Shown here: positions 14,556 to 22,519 of the stretch, piece after piece
How positions within the stretch are numbered: position 1 is the first letter of the stretch
Layout of the letters: the number at the start of each line of letters is the position of its first letter
Assembly (NCBI GenBank): GCA_048938295.1
Contig: JBHLMI010000009.1
Location: 1-22,519 of the forward strand
Length of the DNA: 22,519 nt
Direction: 5' to 3'
From: Promethearchaeota archaeon
GTDB lineage: Archaea > Asgardarchaeota > Hermodarchaeia > Hermodarchaeales > Hermodarchaeaceae
Position numbers and translations under genes: made by a program
The notes under the pieces: generated by a model
Databases searched by the model: none
The model's input: the letters and a program-made list of their open reading frames with translations, nothing else
Told to the model about the DNA's origin: nothing

Positions 14556-15320
14556 ATGTCATCGAATACCGATTACGCCCAAGGAGTCGTCTTAATCAAT
14601 GGCCATGCTTATCCAGCCAGAGAGGTACTGCAGGCATTAGAACGCCAAGCCATGACGTCCTTACGGGCGGTTGGCGACGAACTCTGGATTGGCAAAGAGC
14701 GGGTTCGTCCAATTGGGAAAACAACCCCTGAACAAGCTATGAAACTTACTTGTTATGGTAGCCTTGCATTTTGTTGTGATCTAAATCGCGAATGTCATCT
14801 AAGAGATCAAGCCATTGAATTGTTGGGAATCTCAAAGGAGGAGTACAGAGCAATCCAAAGAGACTGCCACCAGCAGTTCCTACGATATGGAGAGCGGCGG
14901 TGGCCACAAGAGCAATATGGTATTTCAGATTCTGAGTATTCCCGTTCTTATTCACCTACGGAGGACCATACTGAGCACGAATCCTTTGAATCGTGGCGAG
15001 AAAGGACCAGTTCAGGACGATATAGCACGAGTCGAGAATCAACCCCGCCCTCTAGTTCTGGAAAAGTAGATTTAGGCGGTTTGTTCGCAGCGCCTGAAGA
15101 GTATAGTTCCAGATCACTGACAGATCCAGATCCCTTTGGTCCCACCTCATCTCGTGGAACTCATGAGTCCAGCGGCATTTCATCAGGTGGATGGTATTCT
15201 TCAGGTGGAAGTGCAACAGCGTCAGCCCACTCAGCTCCGACTGGATTTTGCATCTTTTGTGGTCAAGATTTACGAGAGGATAGTGAATTCTGTAGCCGTT
15301 GTGGACGCAGCCAAAGATAG
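14556..15320 (+). CDS. Uncharacterised protein: Cys cluster domain (methanogenesis-marker-9-like repeat), Ser-rich linker, C-terminal zinc ribbon
   Basis: TCYGSLAFCCDLNRECHLRD...GISKEEY; low-complexity S/G/Y middle; CIFC..CSRC at the C-terminus. ATG 14556 preferred over TTG 14478. Confidence 0.6.
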   Translation: MSSNTDYAQGVVLINGHAYPAREVLQALERQAMTSLRAVGDELWIGKERVRPIGKTTPEQAMKLTCYGSLAFCCDLNRECHLRDQAIELLGISKEEYRAIQRDCHQQFLRYGERRWPQEQYGISDSEYSRSYSPTEDHTEHESFESWRERTSSGRYSTSRESTPPSSSGKVDLGGLFAAPEEYSSRSLTDPDPFGPTSSRGTHESSGISSGGWYSSGGSATASAHSAPTGFCIFCGQDLREDSEFCSRCGRSQR

Positions 15321-15377
15321 ATGACATAGCACCAGATCTAGATTTCAACAAAGATTTCAAGTCACCAAGCAGATTTG

Positions 15378-16010
15378 TTAGCCCTTCTTGGCTAATTTAC
15401 GCAGGGTATCGATCTGCTTCGTGAGTTTTTGGAGATCCTTTTTCCAGCGTTCAATCTTCTCCATATCGGCTTCAGTCTTAGCTCCCTTAACAGCTTCAAA
15501 GTCAGCTATGCGACGCTCAAGTTCGAGGGCACGGCTGCTTAGCCCAGCAATACGAGCGTGCACTTCAGGGGTAGGAGAAACAATTTCTAGTAAGGTTTTA
15601 ACAGTGACCCGGATTTCTTCGACAACCGTGGCTAGCTGAGTCATTGTTTGACGAATCGAAGACAGGCTCTCACTAACAAGTGTGCTGGATTCCTCTGTGG
15701 GTCCTTTTCGGCGGATGAGGAAAAGACGCACCTTCGAGAGGATATCAAAGTAAAGTTGGACCAGAGATTCCTCATCACGGAACCAGGCTGTGAGAGGATT
15801 CCATTTCGAAACCAGTTCATAGAGCTTTTCTAACTCTTGACCAAGCTCTTGTGTCTCAGCACTATTATCAGCTTGAATAACGGCTTTCAATTGTGGAATA
15901 AGGGAGATAATCTCAGCCTTAGCCTTGACTTCTTGGGCGGTGGCGATATCAGAGCCCATGAGTTGCCGATACAGTTCTTCGAGCCGCTGAATAGTTTCGA
16001 TTTCACTCAC
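15378..16010 (-). CDS. Hypothetical all-helical/coiled-coil protein
   Basis: 210-aa ORF, amphipathic helices, co-oriented downstream of the TIM-barrel gene. No family recognised. Confidence 0.65.
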   Translation of the reverse strand: MSEIETIQRLEELYRQLMGSDIATAQEVKAKAEIISLIPQLKAVIQADNSAETQELGQELEKLYELVSKWNPLTAWFRDEESLVQLYFDILSKVRLFLIRRKGPTEESSTLVSESLSSIRQTMTQLATVVEEIRVTVKTLLEIVSPTPEVHARIAGLSSRALELERRIADFEAVKGAKTEADMEKIERWKKDLQKLTKQIDTLRKLAKKG

Positions 16011-16061
16011 GCTGTTTTCAAATCCTCAACTTTATCTGAATCCAATTGTAGGTGCGATGAG

Positions 16062-17081
16062 CTAGTATCCGAGTCCTAACCGGATTTCCCGTAGAGATTG
16101 ATAACCTGACGGGTATCCGAGCATTGAATAGAGCGATGCAATATCCACAGCGTCGGCAAGAGCCTTCGCCCGCCCATATTCAGCCTCGTCTTCTAACACC
16201 CAATGGGTCATCGAGAATTCGACCCCGAGCTTCGTCAACGAACTGATGAAAGATAGGTTTTCGATGTAGTCGTTGAAGTCTTTGGAACCCGGATCGGGTA
16301 GAATCGGAGTCCAAGGAAAGACCTCAATGGCGATATTCTTACTCATTTTGGCAATGGTGTCGAGATCCAACCCCAGATTGGTTCTTGTCCCAGCAACATA
16401 TCCGTTCTCAGAGTCAATTGGATATGCAGGGATTACCTTCAGGTCTGGTTGGACTTCCTTTGCCGCAGTGACCAGTTGTTGAACCATCCCAGACATTTTG
16501 GCTACCCGCCATTCAATCCATTGATTATAGAGTGCAGGATTAGCCGTCTGATCGGCGATTTGGAAGGTGTGTCGCAGGTCAGCATATTCACTGAATTCAT
16601 TTCGACAATCATTGCAATAACAGTAACTTGCATGAGAATACCCAAGGTTACCTAAGAAGAGAGTTTCAATTGGGTTTTCAGTCACTTCTTTAATTACCGT
16701 AGTCATGTGTTGAATGAAAGATGGTTTATTGGGGCAGACAAAGTTGTTTAACGGTTGACCATCAGCAGTGAAAGTTTTGAATTCTTGGTCAGCAGCAAAG
16801 AAGGCGTCAGCAAAGACGTTTAGGTATGCACCTGCACGGATTCCCACCGCATCTGTCGTGTCAATGAATTCGTCAAAGAAGGTGGGATATTCTTCATCCG
16901 CTGGTGCCACTTTGCTGGAATAAAATACGCGCCCCGACATATCCTTTGCAACGGCAACAGCGTATTCGAGGTATCCACCATAACTTGCGAAGAAATCGTC
17001 AAGGCTAGTTTTTAGTCCGCGAGGATCCACGATGAGTGAAACCCCGCGGGTTAGGAGGTCCCGTATCTCCACAGTTTCCAC
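16062..17081 (-). CDS. Glycoside-hydrolase-like (GHL/GH42-type) TIM-barrel protein, cytoplasmic
   Basis: FVCPNKP..(CP..P motif), YCYCNDCRNEF (C-x-C-x2-C-x3-F), QWIEWR, AAKEVQPDL: motifs typical of GHL-type barrels. No signal peptide. Confidence 0.55.
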   Translation of the reverse strand: METVEIRDLLTRGVSLIVDPRGLKTSLDDFFASYGGYLEYAVAVAKDMSGRVFYSSKVAPADEEYPTFFDEFIDTTDAVGIRAGAYLNVFADAFFAADQEFKTFTADGQPLNNFVCPNKPSFIQHMTTVIKEVTENPIETLFLGNLGYSHASYCYCNDCRNEFSEYADLRHTFQIADQTANPALYNQWIEWRVAKMSGMVQQLVTAAKEVQPDLKVIPAYPIDSENGYVAGTRTNLGLDLDTIAKMSKNIAIEVFPWTPILPDPGSKDFNDYIENLSFISSLTKLGVEFSMTHWVLEDEAEYGRAKALADAVDIASLYSMLGYPSGYQSLREIRLGLGY

Positions 17082-17136
17082 CTACAAGAGTAACTATACC
17101 AACTGTGGATAAAAGCCTGAATAAAGTTATGGTCAA

Positions 17137-20100
17137 TTAGCCGAAAAAGGTATCCAGTCTACGCATTCCTATGGTATCCAACCATTCAATACCTAAGGCA
17201 TCAAGGACCTGTTCAAAGGTACTTTTCACCAAGTCTTTGTATTTTGATACATCAATATCCTGGGCGGTAGCTTGCTCTACAGGCTTCACTCCGTCAGTTG
17301 TTTTGACAAAAGCGATGATATCTCCCGCTGTCACTTCTTTTCCGGCTTTTTGGAGCTGCGTAGCCGCCTTGACATGTTGCGGAGTAGTTTTGGTGTAAGC
17401 GCTGAGATTCTTCGTGAGTTGCACCCGAATGGCAAGATCTTCCACATCAAATTCGCGACGGTCCAACATTGTTAACTTATCCCTGGCAAGTTGGAGGATT
17501 CGTTTTTTCGCAGAGGCAAAACCATCAGGGTCACGAACCTGACTTAGGATATCTATCATCTCCATAAACGCCTTCTGTAAAAATAGGGGTGTATTCCGTT
17601 TCTTCCCCGTCAAGCCCTTAATATCAACCTGACCATCCTTTGACACCCCCAGATAATTCTTCTTCCTACTAGACAAGGCAACATACCGGTACTCCTTTTC
17701 AACATCCAGCTCCACCCTCAGTTCCTTCTCGCTATAATCAATGAGCCGTTTCAACTGATCGTTAGTGGGATTATCCAAAAACAGGCTGTCAGTATCCCCA
17801 TAAAGCACCGTAACTCCCAGCTCTTCCGCTTTCTCGATCGTCTGAGTGATTGCGTATCGACCAAGGGCCGTTATTGACTCCGCTGCAGGAGCGCAGTAGA
17901 GAGGGAAATGCGAAGCCCCAAGAACACCGTAGCTGTTGTGGGTCACAACCCCATTCGTTGTGACAAACCAGCCATTACCAGTCTCTATGTCGAAGACTTT
18001 CTGGGTGTCAGATTCAATTTCAATCGATTTGACTCGAACAAGATTCGTCCCGTTGAAATCCATTAGCCCCTGATATTTCCTTGTATAGTTCTTGCCCTTT
18101 GTTTCCACAATTCGAGTAATATCAGAATCCCTATGGAGCGAAGTAAATCTCCCAAGTGCACTTAGGAGGAAAAGCAAATCCCTAACTAGTTGTTGGCTAG
18201 CCGTACTATATCGGCGACTTCCCTTTAAGGTGAAGTTTCCATCGCCCTTGAAGTAGGATTTCAACAAAACTTCTGCTCGTGTTTTATTCAGAAGCGATAA
18301 GGGCAAACGCTTGTTTACTGCATGGGTTCCACATAAAGTGCATATGACTGAGGAAATCACATTGGAATGAACAGTGATTGTCTTATCGCTATAAAAGACC
18401 GCAGGCCAGCCTAATTGTTTTAGAAGAGAAAGGATTTCAGCAATGTTTTCTGGATTCTTTTCGAAAGATTGAGTTAATGAAAATCTGTTTTGCTGCCCGT
18501 GGCCCTCAGCGACATACCAACCTAATAACTGAAAGAATTCTTCTGAAAGTGGGATGCAGAGATCCTGCCAAAAACCAGGAGAACGATGGCTTCGTGCAAT
18601 CTTTGCAACAAGAAGACCAGGTGAAGTGTTCCGAATAACGTCTCTTTCTTCTTCAGAAAGATCATCCCAATACGCTTTGTATATCTTCTGGACTTTGCTA
18701 TATTCGAACTTTCTGTTGATTATTGTAATTAATTCATTATCTGTTTGCTGCCCTTTTCTGTAGGAGAATTGCTTGTATACACTTCTTTCCATCCCGATCA
18801 ATAGATTTGTGGAATCGATAAGATCAGGGATGAATATGCGGTCTGGAACTGGTTCTGTGAAAGGCATTTGACTGCATAGAAGCAGTTCATCCCCAGTTTT
18901 TAGTTCGCCTGCAGGAATTTCATCAATCCGGAATGTTTTGCCATACCGTCTTCCAGTTTGTGTAGTATAAATCGGAATAACATGGTTAGCCGTACAACGC
19001 AATTGCCTTCCATCACTGAGTGTTATCTTCAGTACCTTGGCTTTTCCGGTTTCTGCGAACCCTTTTATCGGAACAAATATCGGTGTGCCAAAATGCCCAT
19101 TATTCGCATTAGCATTAATTGATAAAACCTCAAGACCTGCCCAACAATCTTTCAGTGACGCAATTTCTCGCTTCTGAACCTGCCCCGTGGGAGTGCGAAT
19201 GATGACTTCCTCATTAGAGGGTAAACACGCGTTGAGAAACACTTTGAGTGCTTGTTCTACGACGCTGAACCAGCTGCGTTGGGCGGGTTCGAGGGTTTTG
19301 TCTTTGGCTCTCGGTTTGAAGTGTTCGACCCGGACGTCGCGTATTAATCCGATGATGAGGCTGGTGATTCCTTCGCGCCTTGTGCACACCCAGTGGGGCG
19401 TGTCGGGAACGAGGTTGTCTTTGCATTCAGGATGATCGCAGCGCACGGTTTCATAGCTGAGATTGTAGGCCTTCATGATACTCGGATAGAGGCTATTTCC
19501 AGTAACAGCAGGTTTACCATTTCTTCGCGCAATAATTGTTCCATTGGGTACAGAAACGCACCATACTTTTCCTTGATAGGGGAGCCTCCAAATCCGTTGT
19601 CTTTGCCCAGAGAATACGTTCTGTCGAAAATAACTTAGAAATGCCCGATAGCTTTCATGGTTTCTGTACACTTTTTCATCGATTTCACAATCATGTATTT
19701 CGTGTTTCACTTGACAACCATAACCCAACCGCAACGCTAATTCCTGAAATTCATCAACGAATCTCCTTGTTATCGAGCTGAATGAGTGGCATTTACCACG
19801 CGACCAACTTCCATCTCCTAGTAGCAAACTATCAAAAAGGAGCTGGAGGTGTTCCTTCTCAAAATTCAAGATTGTTCGAGGAATCCCCTTTCGTCGCCCT
19901 CCCAACTCATGATCTAACCAATTTCTTAGAGCATTAGCAAATTCTGAATCGTTTATGTCAAATCTATGATATTTTCGACCTTGACCACTTGTATACTCTT
20001 TTTCTGTAAATTTGAAACCAAGAAGATTAATCGAATTCCGTATATGTTGAAAGTTCTTTTCTTTAGACTGATGAATTCGTACAGAATATTTGTCGAAGGA

Positions 20101-22161
20101 TCCATCAGTTAAGAGCCACCCCAGGAATGGCAGAAATTGGTCTGGAGTGAAAGTAAACCGTCCAAAATTCACATTATGGGATCTACCAACCCAGTTACCA
20201 AATTGAGGGATTTTGAACCAATACCGTTCACAAAGTTTCTGGGCTTCTTCTAATTCAAGAGAATCACTCCATTCCATACGATCTCTTTTGTTAGTTCTTC
20301 GATTAAACACCATTCTATGATTGGGAGTAACTAATAGATCAACTCCACCGCAGGCGAAGTTGTACAATTCTCCTTGATAATCATACTCATGTAATTTTCC
20401 AAGAGGCTGAAATTCAACCTCGCTAGAGAGTGGATTTACTGTTGCTATTTTTAGAAAAGCCCCATTATTCGAATGAGCCCTAACAGAATCAAGTGAAAGC
20501 CATCCGAGGTTTGTGAGAATTTCAGTATCTTCGGATAGACACGCAAAGTCTACAAGGGTGACGTTGAAGTGGACGCCTTCTTTGGGTTCGACGACGATGG
20601 CGCCCATGTATTTTTTGCCTTTGATGATGGCTTCGGTGACAGCTTCGCCTTTTAGGCTGGCGATTTCGTCTTGGCGTGGGATGAGGTAGTTGCGTTGTCG
20701 GTGGGCGTAGTAGAGGAGGCTGCGGATCCAGTTGGATACAGCGGCGCGAGTGAGGTCGTGCATACCTTGATGGGAGATTCGCATGAGCAGGAGGATGAGG
20801 CTCATGATGAGGTCATCATCAAAGGTTGAGAGGCGCATGGTTAGGCTTGCATCTTGCCAGTTGTATTGGGCGAGAAGATGAGCAGGAATTTTGTTGATTT
20901 CGTCTGGGAGTGGAAGCTTACCTTCTCCGAGGAGGGCTTGGCTGACCGTTTCAAGGCGAACTTCGCTGTACCGATTCCGAAAGGCATAGATTTGAATCGA
21001 TCGATTATGAAAGAATCGATAGAGGTCGATGTGGACGCCATATTCGAGTTCTGCTTCGGGATTGCCGCGGAAGCCGCCTCGTAAGCGAACAGGATTGTCA
21101 GCAGGGGGGATACCGAGTTTCTTTGCTCGATTGACAAGGTATCGAAGGTCAAAGTTATCCCCGTTGAATGTCAACAGAACCGGAGTACGCCATAGAATTC
21201 GAAAGACCATTTCAATGAGAGCTTTCTCATCAGCAAATTTCTCGACGGTCACGGTGTCGGGAAGATTCCGTGCTTCCCGTCCCTGTGAGCCTTGCTCGAG
21301 CAGCAGTACTCGACCAACACCTGTATCATCGACGACTGCCACTGAAATGATAGGTTGTGGGGCTTGCTCCGGATCAGGTATTCGATCGATGAATTCTGAT
21401 TCTACTTCGATATCAATAGCAAGTCGTGGTAACGACGAGGCAGGAGTCAGAAAAAGGGGAAGATACTCTTCAATGAGCTTAGAGAGCTCCTTGTCGTCTT
21501 TGAATAATCCACGAATCTTGGTGGCGTCTTCAGCTGAAAATTCCTGGGGAACGGGAACTAGTCGACCCTTTTGAACCCGATACAGAAGACCTGGTGTCAG
21601 GGCTCTGTCCATTGTATAACATTGTGTGTACCGGATATCTGCCTCCCAGGCATGGTCTCTTCCGATTTTCTCGCGGATGGAATCGGGGCGTCCACCAATT
21701 GCTAAAGGATCTTTTGCGACGATGATGGTGTATTGTTCTTCTGAATCACGCAGCAAATTGTATTTGGATCCTTCCTCGAATTTGAGAAAGCCTGAATGGC
21801 CAACGACATCATTTTGTTGGGAGAGATCCTCGCGAGATAAATCTGTTAGGCAATATGGTAGATGTCCGGTGTTATCCAACCATTCATAGATTTGGCCGCT
21901 AGTAGTATCATAGAGTTTGAGTTTGGCAGCCCCTACGTTTCCTTGGTAGTCAATGTTGATTAGAACAGCTGGAGGTCCCGACTCGGGAGTGTAGGGGTAT
22001 TCAGAGGGACGGATGGGCTGATCTTTACTCTGAGTAACGATCTGGGTTAATAATGAGAGTCGATTCTTCTTTGGCTTCGATTGGTTCTTTGTTTGCGGAT
22101 TAGGTTTTGATGGGCCCATCCATGATGACAGAGTAGATGGCACGCAATATCGCTTCCGCAC
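17137..22161 (-). CDS. polB1: Family B DNA polymerase, PolB1 (Dpo1-like) type, with two inteins (about 880-894 aa after splicing)
   Basis: Exonuclease motifs DIEVE, FNGDNFD and YNWQD; polymerase motifs DFA|SLYPSI, KVFLNA|SYG and YGDTDS; PolB1-type N-terminus (DNTGHLPYCL, KDPLAIGG, AWEADI). The start may be ATG 22119. Confidence 0.95.
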   Translation of the reverse strand: MRKRYCVPSTLSSWMGPSKPNPQTKNQSKPKKNRLSLLTQIVTQSKDQPIRPSEYPYTPESGPPAVLINIDYQGNVGAAKLKLYDTTSGQIYEWLDNTGHLPYCLTDLSREDLSQQNDVVGHSGFLKFEEGSKYNLLRDSEEQYTIIVAKDPLAIGGRPDSIREKIGRDHAWEADIRYTQCYTMDRALTPGLLYRVQKGRLVPVPQEFSAEDATKIRGLFKDDKELSKLIEEYLPLFLTPASSLPRLAIDIEVESEFIDRIPDPEQAPQPIISVAVVDDTGVGRVLLLEQGSQGREARNLPDTVTVEKFADEKALIEMVFRILWRTPVLLTFNGDNFDLRYLVNRAKKLGIPPADNPVRLRGGFRGNPEAELEYGVHIDLYRFFHNRSIQIYAFRNRYSEVRLETVSQALLGEGKLPLPDEINKIPAHLLAQYNWQDASLTMRLSTFDDDLIMSLILLLMRISHQGMHDLTRAAVSNWIRSLLYYAHRQRNYLIPRQDEIASLKGEAVTEAIIKGKKYMGAIVVEPKEGVHFNVTLVDFACLSEDTEILTNLGWLSLDSVRAHSNNGAFLKIATVNPLSSEVEFQPLGKLHEYDYQGELYNFACGGVDLLVTPNHRMVFNRRTNKRDRMEWSDSLELEEAQKLCERYWFKIPQFGNWVGRSHNVNFGRFTFTPDQFLPFLGWLLTDGSFDKYSVRIHQSKEKNFQHIRNSINLLGFKFTEKEYTSGQGRKYHRFDINDSEFANALRNWLDHELGGRRKGIPRTILNFEKEHLQLLFDSLLLGDGSWSRGKCHSFSSITRRFVDEFQELALRLGYGCQVKHEIHDCEIDEKVYRNHESYRAFLSYFRQNVFSGQRQRIWRLPYQGKVWCVSVPNGTIIARRNGKPAVTGNSLYPSIMKAYNLSYETVRCDHPECKDNLVPDTPHWVCTRREGITSLIIGLIRDVRVEHFKPRAKDKTLEPAQRSWFSVVEQALKVFLNACLPSNEEVIIRTPTGQVQKREIASLKDCWAGLEVLSINANANNGHFGTPIFVPIKGFAETGKAKVLKITLSDGRQLRCTANHVIPIYTTQTGRRYGKTFRIDEIPAGELKTGDELLLCSQMPFTEPVPDRIFIPDLIDSTNLLIGMERSVYKQFSYRKGQQTDNELITIINRKFEYSKVQKIYKAYWDDLSEEERDVIRNTSPGLLVAKIARSHRSPGFWQDLCIPLSEEFFQLLGWYVAEGHGQQNRFSLTQSFEKNPENIAEILSLLKQLGWPAVFYSDKTITVHSNVISSVICTLCGTHAVNKRLPLSLLNKTRAEVLLKSYFKGDGNFTLKGSRRYSTASQQLVRDLLFLLSALGRFTSLHRDSDITRIVETKGKNYTRKYQGLMDFNGTNLVRVKSIEIESDTQKVFDIETGNGWFVTTNGVVTHNSYGVLGASHFPLYCAPAAESITALGRYAITQTIEKAEELGVTVLYGDTDSLFLDNPTNDQLKRLIDYSEKELRVELDVEKEYRYVALSSRKKNYLGVSKDGQVDIKGLTGKKRNTPLFLQKAFMEMIDILSQVRDPDGFASAKKRILQLARDKLTMLDRREFDVEDLAIRVQLTKNLSAYTKTTPQHVKAATQLQKAGKEVTAGDIIAFVKTTDGVKPVEQATAQDIDVSKYKDLVKSTFEQVLDALGIEWLDTIGMRRLDTFFG
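17935..19227 (-). mobile_element. Intein 2 (431 aa) with LAGLIDADG homing endonuclease, in polymerase motif B
   Basis: Begins CLPSNEEVI; block B TANH; LGWYVAEGH and YFKGDGN; block F VFDIET; ends THN followed by Ser +1 (SYG). Confidence 0.93.
19495..20541 (-). mobile_element. Intein 1 (349 aa) with LAGLIDADG homing endonuclease, in polymerase motif A
   Basis: Begins CLSEDTEIL; block B TPNH; LGWLLTDGS and LLLGDGS; ends TGN followed by Ser +1 (SLYPS). Confidence 0.92.
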
Positions 22162-22229
22162 CGATTAAGAACCATCCCACTTTTTAGCCTTTAGCTCCCT
22201 GATAGAATCAGTATATCAATGGAGAGTTG

Positions 22230-22519
22230 ATGATGCCGTCTCGTTCCTTCCCTGTGAAAGAACTAATCGTTGCCCGATTTGATGCCGGTGAAGATCTTTA
22301 TCAAAACATCAAGCAAGTAATTGAGAAGCACGCGGTTAAAGCGGGGATGTTCACGGTCATTGGAGCCGTTGACCGAGCCAGGTATGGCTTCTATCATCCC
22401 GTGAAGAAGGCATATACCAATCTTAGTTGGGAACCCACCGCAGATTCATCACTTGCGCTTGAGATTGTGAATTGCACCGGAAACGTTGCACTCCTTGATG
22501 ATGATGTAGTTATCCATGC
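22230..22519 (+). CDS. PPC/DUF296-domain protein, 3'-truncated (not in the ORF track)
   Basis: My translation: MMPSRSFPVKELIVARFDAGEDLYQNIKQVIEKHAVKAGMFTVIGAVDRARYGFYH...LEIVNCTGNVALLDDDVVIH. The R...GEDL, IGA, EI....GN and H pattern fits PPC. GGAGAG RBS at 22221. Confidence 0.8.
   Translation, partial: MMPSRSFPVKELIVARFDAGEDLYQNIKQVIEKHAVKAGMFTVIGAVDRARYGFYHPVKKAYTNLSWEPTADSSLALEIVNCTGNVALLDDDVVIH

Noticed and set aside
14556-14900. Marker-9-like domain as evidence of methanogenesis
   Set aside because: One partial domain and no mcr/mtr genes in the window; it does not indicate the pathway.
14900-15240. Ser/Gly-rich stretch as a tandem repeat
   Set aside because: Low-complexity protein sequence without a repeating nucleotide unit.
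301-21889. Numerous 60-180-aa ORFs overlapping the called genes in antisense or alternative frames (e.g. 301-528, 2763-3092, 3626-3997, 4274-4732, 6777-7247, 12659-13114, 21029-21574)
   Set aside because: Shadow ORFs of well-supported genes, with no recognisable motifs or RBS and Ser/Arg-rich antisense composition.

Overview
An archaeal window, almost certainly from an Asgard (Promethearchaeati) genome; the class cannot be determined from this sequence. Bases 1-7071 form a contiguous ubiquitin-ESCRT locus. On +, Vps4 (5'-truncated) and Vps25. Converging on -, an apparent operon of a coiled-coil ORF, UEV-Vps23/TSG101, Vps28, a small ORF and Vps22/36. Divergent from that on +, RING E3, ubiquitin, E2 and E1. 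Next come a Zn-ribbon/Yip1 membrane protein, leuS, a NikR-like regulator with a Zn/Mn-type ABC transporter, and three poorly characterised ORFs. The window ends with a TACK/Asgard-type PolB1 carrying two LAGLIDADG inteins and a truncated PPC/DUF296 gene. The most notable hand-alignment results: (i) the 97-aa ORF between vps28 and vps22 looks like a free-standing copy of the Vps28 C-terminal domain; (ii) the small RING protein aligns without gaps to the cullin-binding N-terminal strand of Rbx1/Apc11; (iii) the UEV and the E1 C-terminal domain still resemble the neighbouring E2 and ubiquitin; (iv) the ubiquitin lacks all canonical chain lysines. All homology calls come from motif recognition and manual alignment to remembered reference sequences, not database searches. 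No rRNA, tRNA, CRISPR array or IS element was recognised.
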